From positions 24,233 to 88,232 of the forward strand of contig JAGLVB010000004.1 of NCBI GenBank assembly GCA_023134135.1: 64,000 nt of DNA. The letters run 5' to 3'. Position 1 is the first letter of the stretch. Each line of letters begins with the position of its first letter. Of this stretch, positions 18,209-26,698 are shown piece after piece. Under the pieces are notes generated by a model. It did no database searches. It saw only the letters and a program-made list of their open reading frames with translations, and had not been told where the DNA came from. Source of the DNA: Candidatus Aenigmatarchaeota archaeon. GTDB lineage: Archaea; Aenigmatarchaeota; Aenigmatarchaeia; QMZS01. The position numbers and the translations under genes were made by a program.

Positions 18209-19792
18209 CTCGGAGGAGTCCTCGCAGGTTTATTAATTCTTGCAATCGCAAATTCTTATCTTACGCAGACCACAAAAACAATAGCTGAACAAAGGTCTAT
18301 TGAGCAGCATGATGAATTGCGAACGCAGATAAATGAACTTTGCTGGAGTTCTTCGGAAAATAAAAAACAATATGCAATAGATTTAAATGAAAATGTGCTT
18401 GGTGTTTATTTGACAGAAGACAAATATGTTGAATATGATGAAACCCAGTTTATAGATTTTATTCTTGATGAAAATGTTTCTTCAGGCAATCTTTTATGCA
18501 TGAAGATAAGAGACAAAAGATTACTGTGCGAACAACTTGATTGCAATGCAAGGATGACTTTTTTAGGTTCAGTCCCAACAGAATCTTCATTATCCGCTTT
18601 GATAGATAATATTATAGGAAATCCCGGGTCTTTTGAATATAAATTAAGTTTTAGCAAGTTTGGCAAGGAGGTTTTGATAAGTGTTGTTGGAGGGAAAGAA
18701 GTATTGCCTGTTTGCAATCTTGATGGTTTCTGCAATAAGGATGAATGCAGGGATGATTGCGAAGATTGTTATGGTCCTAGTCCGGTTTGCATTGGAGATG
18801 ATTTTTGCAATAGAGATATTGGAGAGGATTGCTTAACTTCTTTAGATTGCATATGCAATGCGAGCGAAGGATATAATTGTTGCAAAGAAGACCCTGCTTC
18901 AGATGATTCAGGTTGCGTTGATGAAACCAGACAGAATTTATCAAAAGGAGAAGAATGTTTTTGCCAAAATGAATGCAATATAACAGCGAATCTTGTTTGC
19001 AGTCCTGTGGCTGTTACTTATATAGGACTTATGAAATCTGCTTGTTGCGAGCCTGGTTATGGTTGGAATGGGAGTGATTGCGTTATGTTGGATCCCTGCC
19101 TTACTTTTTCTTCTAAAGGTCCCGGTGTTGTTTTTGCAGGGGTAGTAACCACATTTAGTATACAAAAATACAGTTCTAGTTCCCAAACAATTTCAATGAT
19201 GATGTCAATAGATAATGTTGTTGCAATAGCCCTCGCTGAAGGAGTTAATAATCATCCTGAATGGGGTGTTACAACACCCGATTCTTTAAATGCAACACAG
19301 AGATTGCAGGCGATATTTGAATGGGAAACCGCTAATGTTGGTTATTTATGCGATCAAGCTGGTACAGCGTGTCCTCACAATTGTCCTGAATGCGCTGGAA
19401 ATATGGTCTGTTCCTGTTTGGCGGGTTTTAATTGTGCTGGCGGAGATATCTGGTTGTCAGGAGAAGATACAATTACATTAACTCCTTCTTGTTGCAATGC
19501 AGGACCTTATCAATACCACGGGGACTGCGATGATTATGCTCATTTATATATTAGCATGGCGAGAACTGCAGGGGTATCAGAAGATTGCGTTGCATGGAAA
19601 TGCGGACCGGGTCATGCATTTAATGCAGCAAAAATTAATGGAAGGTGGGAATATGTGGATGCCCAGGGAGGTCAGGGTTTATCCTGGAACCAGATGATGC
19701 AGAGCACAGGTTTTATCCGGGGTTGCAGCGGATTTGGAGCCCCTCATAGCGGGTATACAGATTATAATTATATGGATATATGCGGTACTTAA
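18176..19792 (+). CDS. Pilin-like N-terminal module + Cys-rich stalk + C-terminal transglutaminase-like cysteine-protease-fold domain (island unit B, gene 1)
   Basis: MKGTVDVWIWILGGVLAGLLIL leader. Stalk: CNLDGFCNKDECRDDCEDCYGPSPVCIGDDFCNRDIGEDCL. C-terminus HGDCDDYAHLYISMARTAGVSEDCVAW..GHAFNAAKINGRWEYVDAQ fits the Cys/His/Asp core of the transglutaminase-like superfamily. Confidence 0.6.
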   Translation: MKGTVDVWIWILGGVLAGLLILAIANSYLTQTTKTIAEQRSIEQHDELRTQINELCWSSSENKKQYAIDLNENVLGVYLTEDKYVEYDETQFIDFILDENVSSGNLLCMKIRDKRLLCEQLDCNARMTFLGSVPTESSLSALIDNIIGNPGSFEYKLSFSKFGKEVLISVVGGKEVLPVCNLDGFCNKDECRDDCEDCYGPSPVCIGDDFCNRDIGEDCLTSLDCICNASEGYNCCKEDPASDDSGCVDETRQNLSKGEECFCQNECNITANLVCSPVAVTYIGLMKSACCEPGYGWNGSDCVMLDPCLTFSSKGPGVVFAGVVTTFSIQKYSSSSQTISMMMSIDNVVAIALAEGVNNHPEWGVTTPDSLNATQRLQAIFEWETANVGYLCDQAGTACPHNCPECAGNMVCSCLAGFNCAGGDIWLSGEDTITLTPSCCNAGPYQYHGDCDDYAHLYISMARTAGVSEDCVAWKCGPGHAFNAAKINGRWEYVDAQGGQGLSWNQMMQSTGFIRGCSGFGAPHSGYTDYNYMDICGT

Positions 19793-19794
19793 TA

Positions 19795-21333
19795 ATGGAG
19801 GTTGAAAGATTGCGGGACTTTGGAATATTAATAATATTTTTATCAATGTTTTTTACAATAAATACTGTTTATGCCGGACTATATTATACCGGAGATATAT
19901 CTCTTGAGAATGAAAATGTTTTGATTAAAGTTGAATATGGAGATAATGATGCTATTTTAATTGCTAATTCCAGCTATACCCTGAAAAATAATGGAGAAGA
20001 TCAGGAAATTGAATATGGGTATTATGTATTTGGTCAATTTATTAATGGAGGTATTTTAACTTTAAGTGCGGGGGAGGAGAAGATAATATTTTTTAATACT
20101 TCAAAAGTTTTGCAGGATTCTTATACAATAAATATGGATTTTAATCTGATGTTGAGTGGAAAATATATTGGAACAAAAACACAGGAAGGCGAATTTATAA
20201 TTAAATATCCTTCAAAACCAACAATCATTTCAATGAACCCGCAACCAACTCATTCAACGGATTTGGAATTAATATGGAGTAAGACAGATTATATCCCGGT
20301 TTTTAATATTCTTGTTAGCTGGGTAAAAGAAGAGATTAATGTTGATTTAAAAAAAGAGATTATTCCTTCAACTCTTCTGAAGAATGATGTTTTTACAGTT
20401 AAATCAATTATTAAAAATAATGATAATGTGGGTTATAAATATATTATTACGGATATTTACTCAACTGATTTTTATGAACCTGTAGATAAAACATATTTTG
20501 AGGAATTGATACCAGAAAGTCCCATGGAACCAAGTTACTGGAAATTTGAAAGAGAACTTGAAATTGGTTCCAATGAAGAAAAAGTTTTTGAATATCAGTT
20601 GGAATTTTTAGGGGCTAAAGGAATAAGCGAAATGGAGATACCCCCTTTTAATTTCTTTATTTCCGATAAAAACTTTTATAAATATTCAAATAAGGTGGGT
20701 GTGCTTGTAAATGTCTGCAATTTTAACAATATATGTGAAATTGAACTGGATGAATATTATCTAAATTGCCCTCAAGACTGCGTTTCAGGTTCAGTAGATG
20801 GATATTGCGATGGTATTGCGGATGGGATATGCGATGAAGATTGCTTAGCGCAGTCTATTCCCGAGTTAGATTCTGATTGTTCTTCATGCGGGGATGGCAA
20901 ATGCGATTTAGGAGAAACACGGGAAAACTGTTGCGTTGATTGCGGTTGCATTGGTGGAATGAAATGCCAGGACAATAAATGCGTTAAAACAGAAATATGC
21001 GGTGATGGAACCTGTTCAATACATGAAACTTATGAAAAATGCAAAGAGGATTGCCCTTCAGGCTCAAAAGATAATTATTGCGATAAAGTGGAAGATAATA
21101 TCTGCGACCCTGATTGCGCCCGAACCAGAGATGTGGATTGCTTGTGCAATAAAGATGGTATTTGCGAATCCAACTTTGAGACAAATTCAAATTGTCCCGA
21201 AGACTGTGAGTCAGATAACACCATAATATATTTAATCCTCGGATCAATTGCCCTAATTTCAATTATAATTTACTTAAGAAACCGTTCCAAAAAAACAAAA
21301 TGGAAGGAAATCTATGAGGAAACTTCAAACTAA
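19795..21333 (+). CDS. Secreted, C-terminally membrane-anchored protein with CARDB/DUF11-like beta domains and CGDGxC Cys-rich modules (island unit B, gene 2)
   Basis: Signal MEVERLRDFGILIIFLSMFFTINTVYA. Modules CGDGKCDLGETRENCCVDCGC, CGDGTCSIHETYEKCKEDC and CNKDGICESNFETNSNCPEDC. C-terminal TM IIYLILGSIALISIIIYL plus a basic tail. An alternative start at 19780 overlaps the upstream stop. Confidence 0.6.
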   Translation: MEVERLRDFGILIIFLSMFFTINTVYAGLYYTGDISLENENVLIKVEYGDNDAILIANSSYTLKNNGEDQEIEYGYYVFGQFINGGILTLSAGEEKIIFFNTSKVLQDSYTINMDFNLMLSGKYIGTKTQEGEFIIKYPSKPTIISMNPQPTHSTDLELIWSKTDYIPVFNILVSWVKEEINVDLKKEIIPSTLLKNDVFTVKSIIKNNDNVGYKYIITDIYSTDFYEPVDKTYFEELIPESPMEPSYWKFERELEIGSNEEKVFEYQLEFLGAKGISEMEIPPFNFFISDKNFYKYSNKVGVLVNVCNFNNICEIELDEYYLNCPQDCVSGSVDGYCDGIADGICDEDCLAQSIPELDSDCSSCGDGKCDLGETRENCCVDCGCIGGMKCQDNKCVKTEICGDGTCSIHETYEKCKEDCPSGSKDNYCDKVEDNICDPDCARTRDVDCLCNKDGICESNFETNSNCPEDCESDNTIIYLILGSIALISIIIYLRNRSKKTKWKEIYEETSN

Positions 21334-21365
21334 TTTAAATTTTGAAAGAGTTTATATTTAATGAG

Positions 21366-21928
21366 GGCCAAGAACTCACTGTGCTCTTGGCACAGGGCTG
21401 AATTGGCAACAGACGCAGAACTTTGCTAAAAAGATGCAGTAATTTTATGAAAGAAAAAAACGGGTTATGGCGTTGGTATCATAACATATCCGAATGTTAT
21501 TATCACCTACAAATCACGGTAAAATACAGGAAATCATTATTAGATAAAAGAACCGAGAAAATTATTCTTGAAACTCTAAAAGAATTCCCTGAGAGATATG
21601 ATATTGAAGTACAGGAAATTGGTTTTGATCAAAACCATGTGCATATATTATGCAGATTTTTACCGAAATATTCTGGAGGATAAATAATAAGAGTAATCAA
21701 AAGCAGAACAGCCCAAAATATATTCAGAGAAATCCCTGAAATAAAGAAGGAATTATGGGGAGGAGAATTTTGGACTGATGGTTATTACATAGCAACAATA
21801 AGCGGACGAGGGAACAAGAAAGTAATTGAGGAATATATAAGAAAACAGGGAAGAGAAGAAACTATAAAACAACTGAAATTGTTTGAGATTTAATTGGGAC
21901 GCCCTGTGCTCTTGGCACAGGGAATTTC
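21366..21928 (+). mobile_element. IS200/IS605-family element (tnpA only) with subterminal hairpins
   Basis: Hairpins ctgtgc-tcttg-gcacag at 21379-21397 and ccctgtgc-tcttg-gcacaggg at 21902-21922 bracket a Y1-transposase ORF. Confidence 0.7.
21447..21893 (+). pseudogene. tnpA: IS200-type Y1 transposase TnpA interrupted by an in-frame TAA
   Basis: MKEKNGLWRWYHNISECYYHLQITVKYRK...HVHILCRFLPKYSGG-TAA(21681-21683)-IIRVIKSRTAQNIFREIPEIKKELWGGEFWTDGYYIATISGRG. The same frame continues after the stop. Collinear with the intact TnpA at 41414-41845. Confidence 0.7.
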
Positions 21929-21979
21929 ACAATGAATTTTGAATTTAAGCAAATACTTTTGTATATTCAATTACTAATT

Positions 21980-22495
21980 ATGAAGGGCACAGTGGATGTT
22001 TGGATATGGATTGTTGCAGGTATTATAGCAGGCTTATTAATTTTAACTTTGGCTTATTCTTATTCACTCCAGATGATAAATACAACAATTGAACAAAATG
22101 TTTTAGAACAATATGATGAATTATACACACAAACAAATGAACTCTGTTGGAGTTATTTAGGAAACCAAAAAGAGTATAATCTGATTTTAAACAAAAACAT
22201 TCTTGGAATTTATTTAACCTCGAATCAATATTTGGAATACAATGGCTCGCAGTTAATAGATTATATTCTCGAAGAAAATGTCTCTTCAGGGAATTTTTTA
22301 TGCATAAAAATAAAAAATAAAAAAATCATCTGTAAACAATTTGATTGCAATGCGACGATGCCTTTTTTAGGCGCAGTCCCTATAGAATTTTCATTAAAAT
22401 CTCTAATTAATCAGATAAAAGGCAACCCGGAATCTTTTGAATATAATTTAGTGCTTAAAAGAGATAAGGTAGGTGTTAATATTTCCAAAAGATGA
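21980..22495 (+). CDS. Stand-alone pilin-like module, paralog of residues 1-170 of the 18176 product (island unit C, gene 1)
   Basis: MKGTVDVWIWIVAGIIAGLLILTL..NELCWS..ENVSSGNFLCIKIKNKKIICKQFDCNATMPFLGAVP is collinear with the N-terminus of the 18176 protein. Start set at the ATG shared by the 47-bp duplicated block (the track starts at 21932). Confidence 0.6.
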   Translation: MKGTVDVWIWIVAGIIAGLLILTLAYSYSLQMINTTIEQNVLEQYDELYTQTNELCWSYLGNQKEYNLILNKNILGIYLTSNQYLEYNGSQLIDYILEENVSSGNFLCIKIKNKKIICKQFDCNATMPFLGAVPIEFSLKSLINQIKGNPESFEYNLVLKRDKVGVNISKR

Positions 22496-22523
22496 ATTAA
22501 TATACATATATCCCAATTTATAT

Positions 22524-24362
22524 ATGGGGATTGATAATTATATCTTGATGATTGGTTCAATTTTGGTTGGCCTGATACTTTTCTTTGCGGCTCAGGTTTA
22601 TCTTACAGGCAGCGTTGATGAAACCGAGGGTTATATTGCAAAAGGATCTGCTGAAAGGATTGTGTCTGTGCTTGAAAAATTAACAGGAGAACCTTCATAT
22701 GCAAGTTATTGTTTCAACATTTCCCTTTCTGATTTGAAAGTTGAGAATGGTTACCTGACTTTCAGGCAGGGTGGAAAGGAATCTTTTTATCCGGTGCCAA
22801 AGGAAGCTAATAATGTTGATTTAAAAGAAATCGCAAGTGTTTGTTTTGTGCATTTGGCAGACGGGGAAATAATTATTTCTGAGGAACTTCCGGATTGCGA
22901 TATGAACACAATTTGCGCTGCTGATGAATGCTTTGAAAATTGTCCTGATTGTTATGGTCCGGATTTATTGTGTATTGGTGATGGGTTTTGCAATATAGAT
23001 ATAGGTGAAAATTGTCTAAATTCACCAGATTGTATTTGTAATGTTAGCGGTTCTAATCCAGTATGTTGCCCTGAGGACCCTTATTCAGATGAATCCGGTT
23101 GCGTTAATGAAACCCGACTTAACAGGTCGAAAGGCGAAGAATGTTTTTGCGACAATGAATGTAATATAACTCTTAACTGTAACCCCACTTCACCAACTTT
23201 TTATGGTTATGCTAAGGCATGTTGCGATCCAGGAAAGAGCTGGAATGGGACTAATTGTACTTGGGGTGGAGATGTTTTAATAGTTGCTTTAAAATCTAAT
23301 ATGGAAAGTGCTTATCCCGGACAATTAACCTTATTTGAAAACAAGATTAGAGCTTATCAGTCTGCATTGGGTGGTGATGGTCTTGGTTCAATCTTCCTTT
23401 ATCTTGACGAAGATGAAACTTCAGATATAATTGGAAGCAAAGTTACAAACCCAGATAACTGGAATAATATAGATGGCATTCTTGACCAGTTGATTCCAAA
23501 ATTAAATTCATCTTATCTTGTGATAATTGGAGGGTATGGTAGATTTATCCAACCTCATGCAGGATCTGCTTATGGGAAACCATTTGAATCAGATAATTTT
23601 TATGGGGATCTTACTGGAGACAATATATTGGATATTCCTGTTGGAAGATTTCCTGACCCGAATAATGGGGATTTGGATGTTATTTTGAATGCTTTGGATA
23701 CAAGTATTTCATTGCATAATTCTGGAGGGGTTGATATTTCAAACCATATTGCTCCAATAATGAGTTGCGGGGGTTTTGATAATCGGGCATGGACGAGTGG
23801 AAGATGTTTCTGTTCTGCGGTATGGGGTGGTTCTTGTTCTGCATGCGGCACTTGTTGCGGTTGCATATCTTTAGCTCCGCTTTCAGGAAAAGATTTTGTA
23901 ATGGTTCTTGCTCATGGACCTGGACCTTCAAGTGGCGATTTATTGCATGGAGGGTGTTTAAATACAAATCCAACTGGAGTTGCGGGGATTGATACTTCAA
24001 ATTCGGTTTGGATGTCCATGTCCTGCGGCGGGGGTCATTTAAGACTAAAATCATCAACTTCAGGTTCTATTGTTATGACATTTCTAAAGAATGACGGTGC
24101 AATCTATTTTGGGAGTACTGCTAACAACAGGGGAACTCTTGGTGGTGGGTGCCCTGTCCCTGGCGGAGATAGGCTTATAGGAACTTTATATACTTTGGTA
24201 GCAAACAATTTTCAGGTAAATATAGGAACCGGTGTTGGGAACAGGATTGGTGATTATTATATGGCAGGGAAAAATAGTTACTGGAGCGATTATGGCAATA
24301 GAGAATATATTATTAACTGTCTTTATGGAGACCCAACTTTGAAAATTAAGAATATGTGGTAA
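22524..24362 (+). CDS. TM/pilin-like N-terminus + Cys-rich stalk + C-terminal peptidase C25 (gingipain)-like clan CD domain (island unit C, gene 2)
   Basis: MGIDNYILMIGSILVGLILFFAA. Stalk CDMNTICAADECFENCPDCYGPDLLCIGDGFCNIDIGENCL is homologous to the 18176 stalk. C25-like blocks: YLVIIGGYGRFIQP, SDNFYGDLTGDNILDIPVGRFP, VMVLAHGPG (His) and WMSMSCGGG (Cys). An alternative start at 22473 would overlap the upstream gene. Confidence 0.55.
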   Translation: MGIDNYILMIGSILVGLILFFAAQVYLTGSVDETEGYIAKGSAERIVSVLEKLTGEPSYASYCFNISLSDLKVENGYLTFRQGGKESFYPVPKEANNVDLKEIASVCFVHLADGEIIISEELPDCDMNTICAADECFENCPDCYGPDLLCIGDGFCNIDIGENCLNSPDCICNVSGSNPVCCPEDPYSDESGCVNETRLNRSKGEECFCDNECNITLNCNPTSPTFYGYAKACCDPGKSWNGTNCTWGGDVLIVALKSNMESAYPGQLTLFENKIRAYQSALGGDGLGSIFLYLDEDETSDIIGSKVTNPDNWNNIDGILDQLIPKLNSSYLVIIGGYGRFIQPHAGSAYGKPFESDNFYGDLTGDNILDIPVGRFPDPNNGDLDVILNALDTSISLHNSGGVDISNHIAPIMSCGGFDNRAWTSGRCFCSAVWGGSCSACGTCCGCISLAPLSGKDFVMVLAHGPGPSSGDLLHGGCLNTNPTGVAGIDTSNSVWMSMSCGGGHLRLKSSTSGSIVMTFLKNDGAIYFGSTANNRGTLGGGCPVPGGDRLIGTLYTLVANNFQVNIGTGVGNRIGDYYMAGKNSYWSDYGNREYIINCLYGDPTLKIKNMW

Positions 24363-24363
24363 T

Positions 24364-25212
24364 ATGATTATGCAATATGATATTGGGGAAGAAAAAAATA
24401 TGAGAGAAATAAGCAAGAATCAATTCATTGCGGTTTTTATAATTATAGGTGTTATAGTAGCCATTTTTTTAATATTTAATTTTACAAGGGAATCCTGCGG
24501 AAACAGTATCTGTGAACAGGGAGAAAACTGTTTTGATTGTCCAAAGGATTGCAAATGCAATGAAGATAAATATTGCTCCTCAACAGAAAAGAAATGTATA
24601 AAACCAATCTGCGGAGATAAAACTTGTGAAAGGCTGGAAAATTGTTCCAATTGCCCTGTTGATTGCGGAGCTTGTAAGATTACTTCATTTTGCGGAGATA
24701 ATAAATGCGATGCAGATGAATTATGTTCAACATGTCCAAGGGATTGCGGTATCTGCCAATCGACATATATTTGCGGAAACAAGGTTTGTGAAAAAGAAGA
24801 AAATTGTTATGATTGTCCAAAGGATTGCAAGTGCGGAGTTGAAGAATATTGTTCTTCAACAGAAAAAAAGTGCTTAAAACCAACCTGTGGAAATGGTGAC
24901 TGCGAACCTTATGAAAATCCCGGTAATTGTTGTCTTGATTGCGCTTGTTATACTCCTGAGGAAATCTGCAATAAAGCAACCAAAAAATGCGAGTTGCAGA
25001 AGATGATTCTTACAGATGCAAGAGCGATTGAACTGGCGATTGAATATTTTGAGAATCAGAGTTTGGAGGTGATTTCCGCGGAGGTTATGGGGGTTAGTTC
25101 TTATAATCATAAATTGGTTAAAGAAGTTGGAGTTGAAATTACTGGAGAAGAATGGAATAGGTATATTGGAATTACTGAAGATGAAGAAATAACCGAATTT
25201 GTATTGCCTTAG
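24364..25212 (+). CDS. Membrane-anchored protein made of five CG(D/N)xxCE..EnC..CP.DC modules plus a C-terminal alpha/beta domain (island unit C, gene 3)
   Basis: CGNSICEQGENCFDCPKDCKC, CGDKTCERLENCSNCPVDCGAC, CGDNKCDADELCSTCPRDCGIC, CGNKVCEKEENCYDCPKDCKC, CGNGDCEPYENPGNCCLDCAC. There is an internal duplication of the first two modules. Confidence 0.6.
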   Translation: MIMQYDIGEEKNMREISKNQFIAVFIIIGVIVAIFLIFNFTRESCGNSICEQGENCFDCPKDCKCNEDKYCSSTEKKCIKPICGDKTCERLENCSNCPVDCGACKITSFCGDNKCDADELCSTCPRDCGICQSTYICGNKVCEKEENCYDCPKDCKCGVEEYCSSTEKKCLKPTCGNGDCEPYENPGNCCLDCACYTPEEICNKATKKCELQKMILTDARAIELAIEYFENQSLEVISAEVMGVSSYNHKLVKEVGVEITGEEWNRYIGITEDEEITEFVLP

Positions 25213-25313
25213 AATTGACCTGATATTTTAATATTAATTGAGTTGATTATTTTTATCCAACATTAATAAATATTTTGTGAGTGTTCTTATATATAAGGTA
25301 AGCATAATATATT

Positions 25314-26276
25314 ATGGCAAATATGAGTTTAGAAACTATTGTTGGTTTTATAATTTTACTCGTTGTTGCCGGAGTGATTATTAGCATGATTCTTACACGA
25401 ATCAGTCCAGATTCATTGCCTTATAAAGAAATTGAAATGCAGCAGATGGATTTTAAAAATAAATGCGATGCTTTGTGCACGGCCACTTCTTCATTGGATT
25501 ATTGCAGATCTTATTTTGAAGGCGGAGCAGACGGCACTGATTGGGATGGAAATGGTGGGAAGAATGAACTTATTTCAATTGGAGATTATGTTACCTGGGA
25601 TGTATGCGAGGAAAGGATTTATTGTTTTTCAATGGTTTCCTGCGACAGGAGATTTGGTTCAAGTCCTGCAAAAGGTTGCGCCAGCGCTTTATGTCAGGCT
25701 TATTTAGATAAATACAAAGGGAATGTTATAAAAGCAAATGAGGCGGTTTTGGACAAAGTAAAACCAGGAAATTGTCAATTACCCTCAGATATAGAGGATA
25801 ATTGGTTTGCGAAATATTTCCCTGCTGATGTTTGCGGTTGTGATTGTACTCCTTGGAATGATATAGGTTGTGGTTCTGTTTTTGGTTGTAATATTGGAGA
25901 AATGTATCAAAACAGAACATGTGCTCCTGATGGTTGTAGAGAAAATATAACCAGATGCATATCTCATCCTGATTGCATTCCAATTTTATCATTTTGCGCT
26001 TATGACAACATAGGTGATAATATTCTTTGCAATACAAATTGCAAAAATGCCACACCATCTTATACAAATATAACAGTAACTGATCAGGATGGTGATAGCG
26101 CCTCTGCATGGATAAATGGGGTTAGTATAGGGAGTATAACCTTTTTAACCAATCAAATAAATTTTTCTACATCTCCTCTACTTTCTACTTTGAATACAAC
26201 AAATACTTCATTATGGAATGTAACTTTAATTTGTGCTAATCCTATTGGAACTGCAATACTTACAGGAGTTAGTTAG
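25314..26276 (+). CDS. Class III signal (pilin-like) Cys-rich protein, paralog of 29523-30131 (island unit C, gene 4)
   Basis: MANMSLETIVGFIILLVVAGVIISMIL. The block CDALCTATSSLDYCRSYF..DWDGNGGKNELISIGDYVTWDVCEERIYCF..GCASALCQAY aligns with the 29523 product. Confidence 0.55.
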   Translation: MANMSLETIVGFIILLVVAGVIISMILTRISPDSLPYKEIEMQQMDFKNKCDALCTATSSLDYCRSYFEGGADGTDWDGNGGKNELISIGDYVTWDVCEERIYCFSMVSCDRRFGSSPAKGCASALCQAYLDKYKGNVIKANEAVLDKVKPGNCQLPSDIEDNWFAKYFPADVCGCDCTPWNDIGCGSVFGCNIGEMYQNRTCAPDGCRENITRCISHPDCIPILSFCAYDNIGDNILCNTNCKNATPSYTNITVTDQDGDSASAWINGVSIGSITFLTNQINFSTSPLLSTLNTTNTSLWNVTLICANPIGTAILTGVS

Positions 26277-26315
26277 GCTGGTTGTCTTTAAATATGAAAA
26301 ATACAAATAAAGATA

Positions 26316-26696
26316 ATGGGAAAAGAAAATTCAGGGAATTATTTAGTTTATGTAATTTTAATGGTTGTCGCCATATTTTTAGTTTATTTTTTAATGCAAT
26401 TTAGCGTAAACCATTCAACTGAATCTTTGGTTTTATCAGAGCCGGAAAAAACAGTTATAAAATATAGTTGTGAAAAATCAGGAGATAGTAAAGTTACCTG
26501 CAAATGGTCAGGGTGTTATGGCGATTCTGTAGTTGTATTGCAAAAAGGAGATCTGATTTATTCGTGGATGTTGGATACTTCTTCAGGAAAGCATGATTTT
26601 GATATTTTAGATTCTGGTAATTATAGGGTTGTCTTTGTTTGCGGCAATCAAACAAGAATAATGGAGAGTATTTATATAGAAAATGAATTAACTTAA
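26316..26696 (+). CDS. Small TM-anchored hypothetical protein (island unit C, gene 5)
   Basis: ORF with N-terminal helix NYLVYVILMVVAIFLVYFLM. Its stop abuts the next start. Confidence 0.45.
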   Translation: MGKENSGNYLVYVILMVVAIFLVYFLMQFSVNHSTESLVLSEPEKTVIKYSCEKSGDSKVTCKWSGCYGDSVVVLQKGDLIYSWMLDTSSGKHDFDILDSGNYRVVFVCGNQTRIMESIYIENELT

Positions 26697-26698
26697 TT

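Noticed and set aside
21681-21683. In-frame TAA in tnpA as evidence for stop-codon reassignment or readthrough.
   Set aside because: TAA terminates well-conserved genes at their expected C-termini in this window (e.g. SepRS at 51316-51318 and acs at 33750-33752). TAG and TGA are also used as stops. A nonsense mutation in a mobile-element gene is the simpler explanation.
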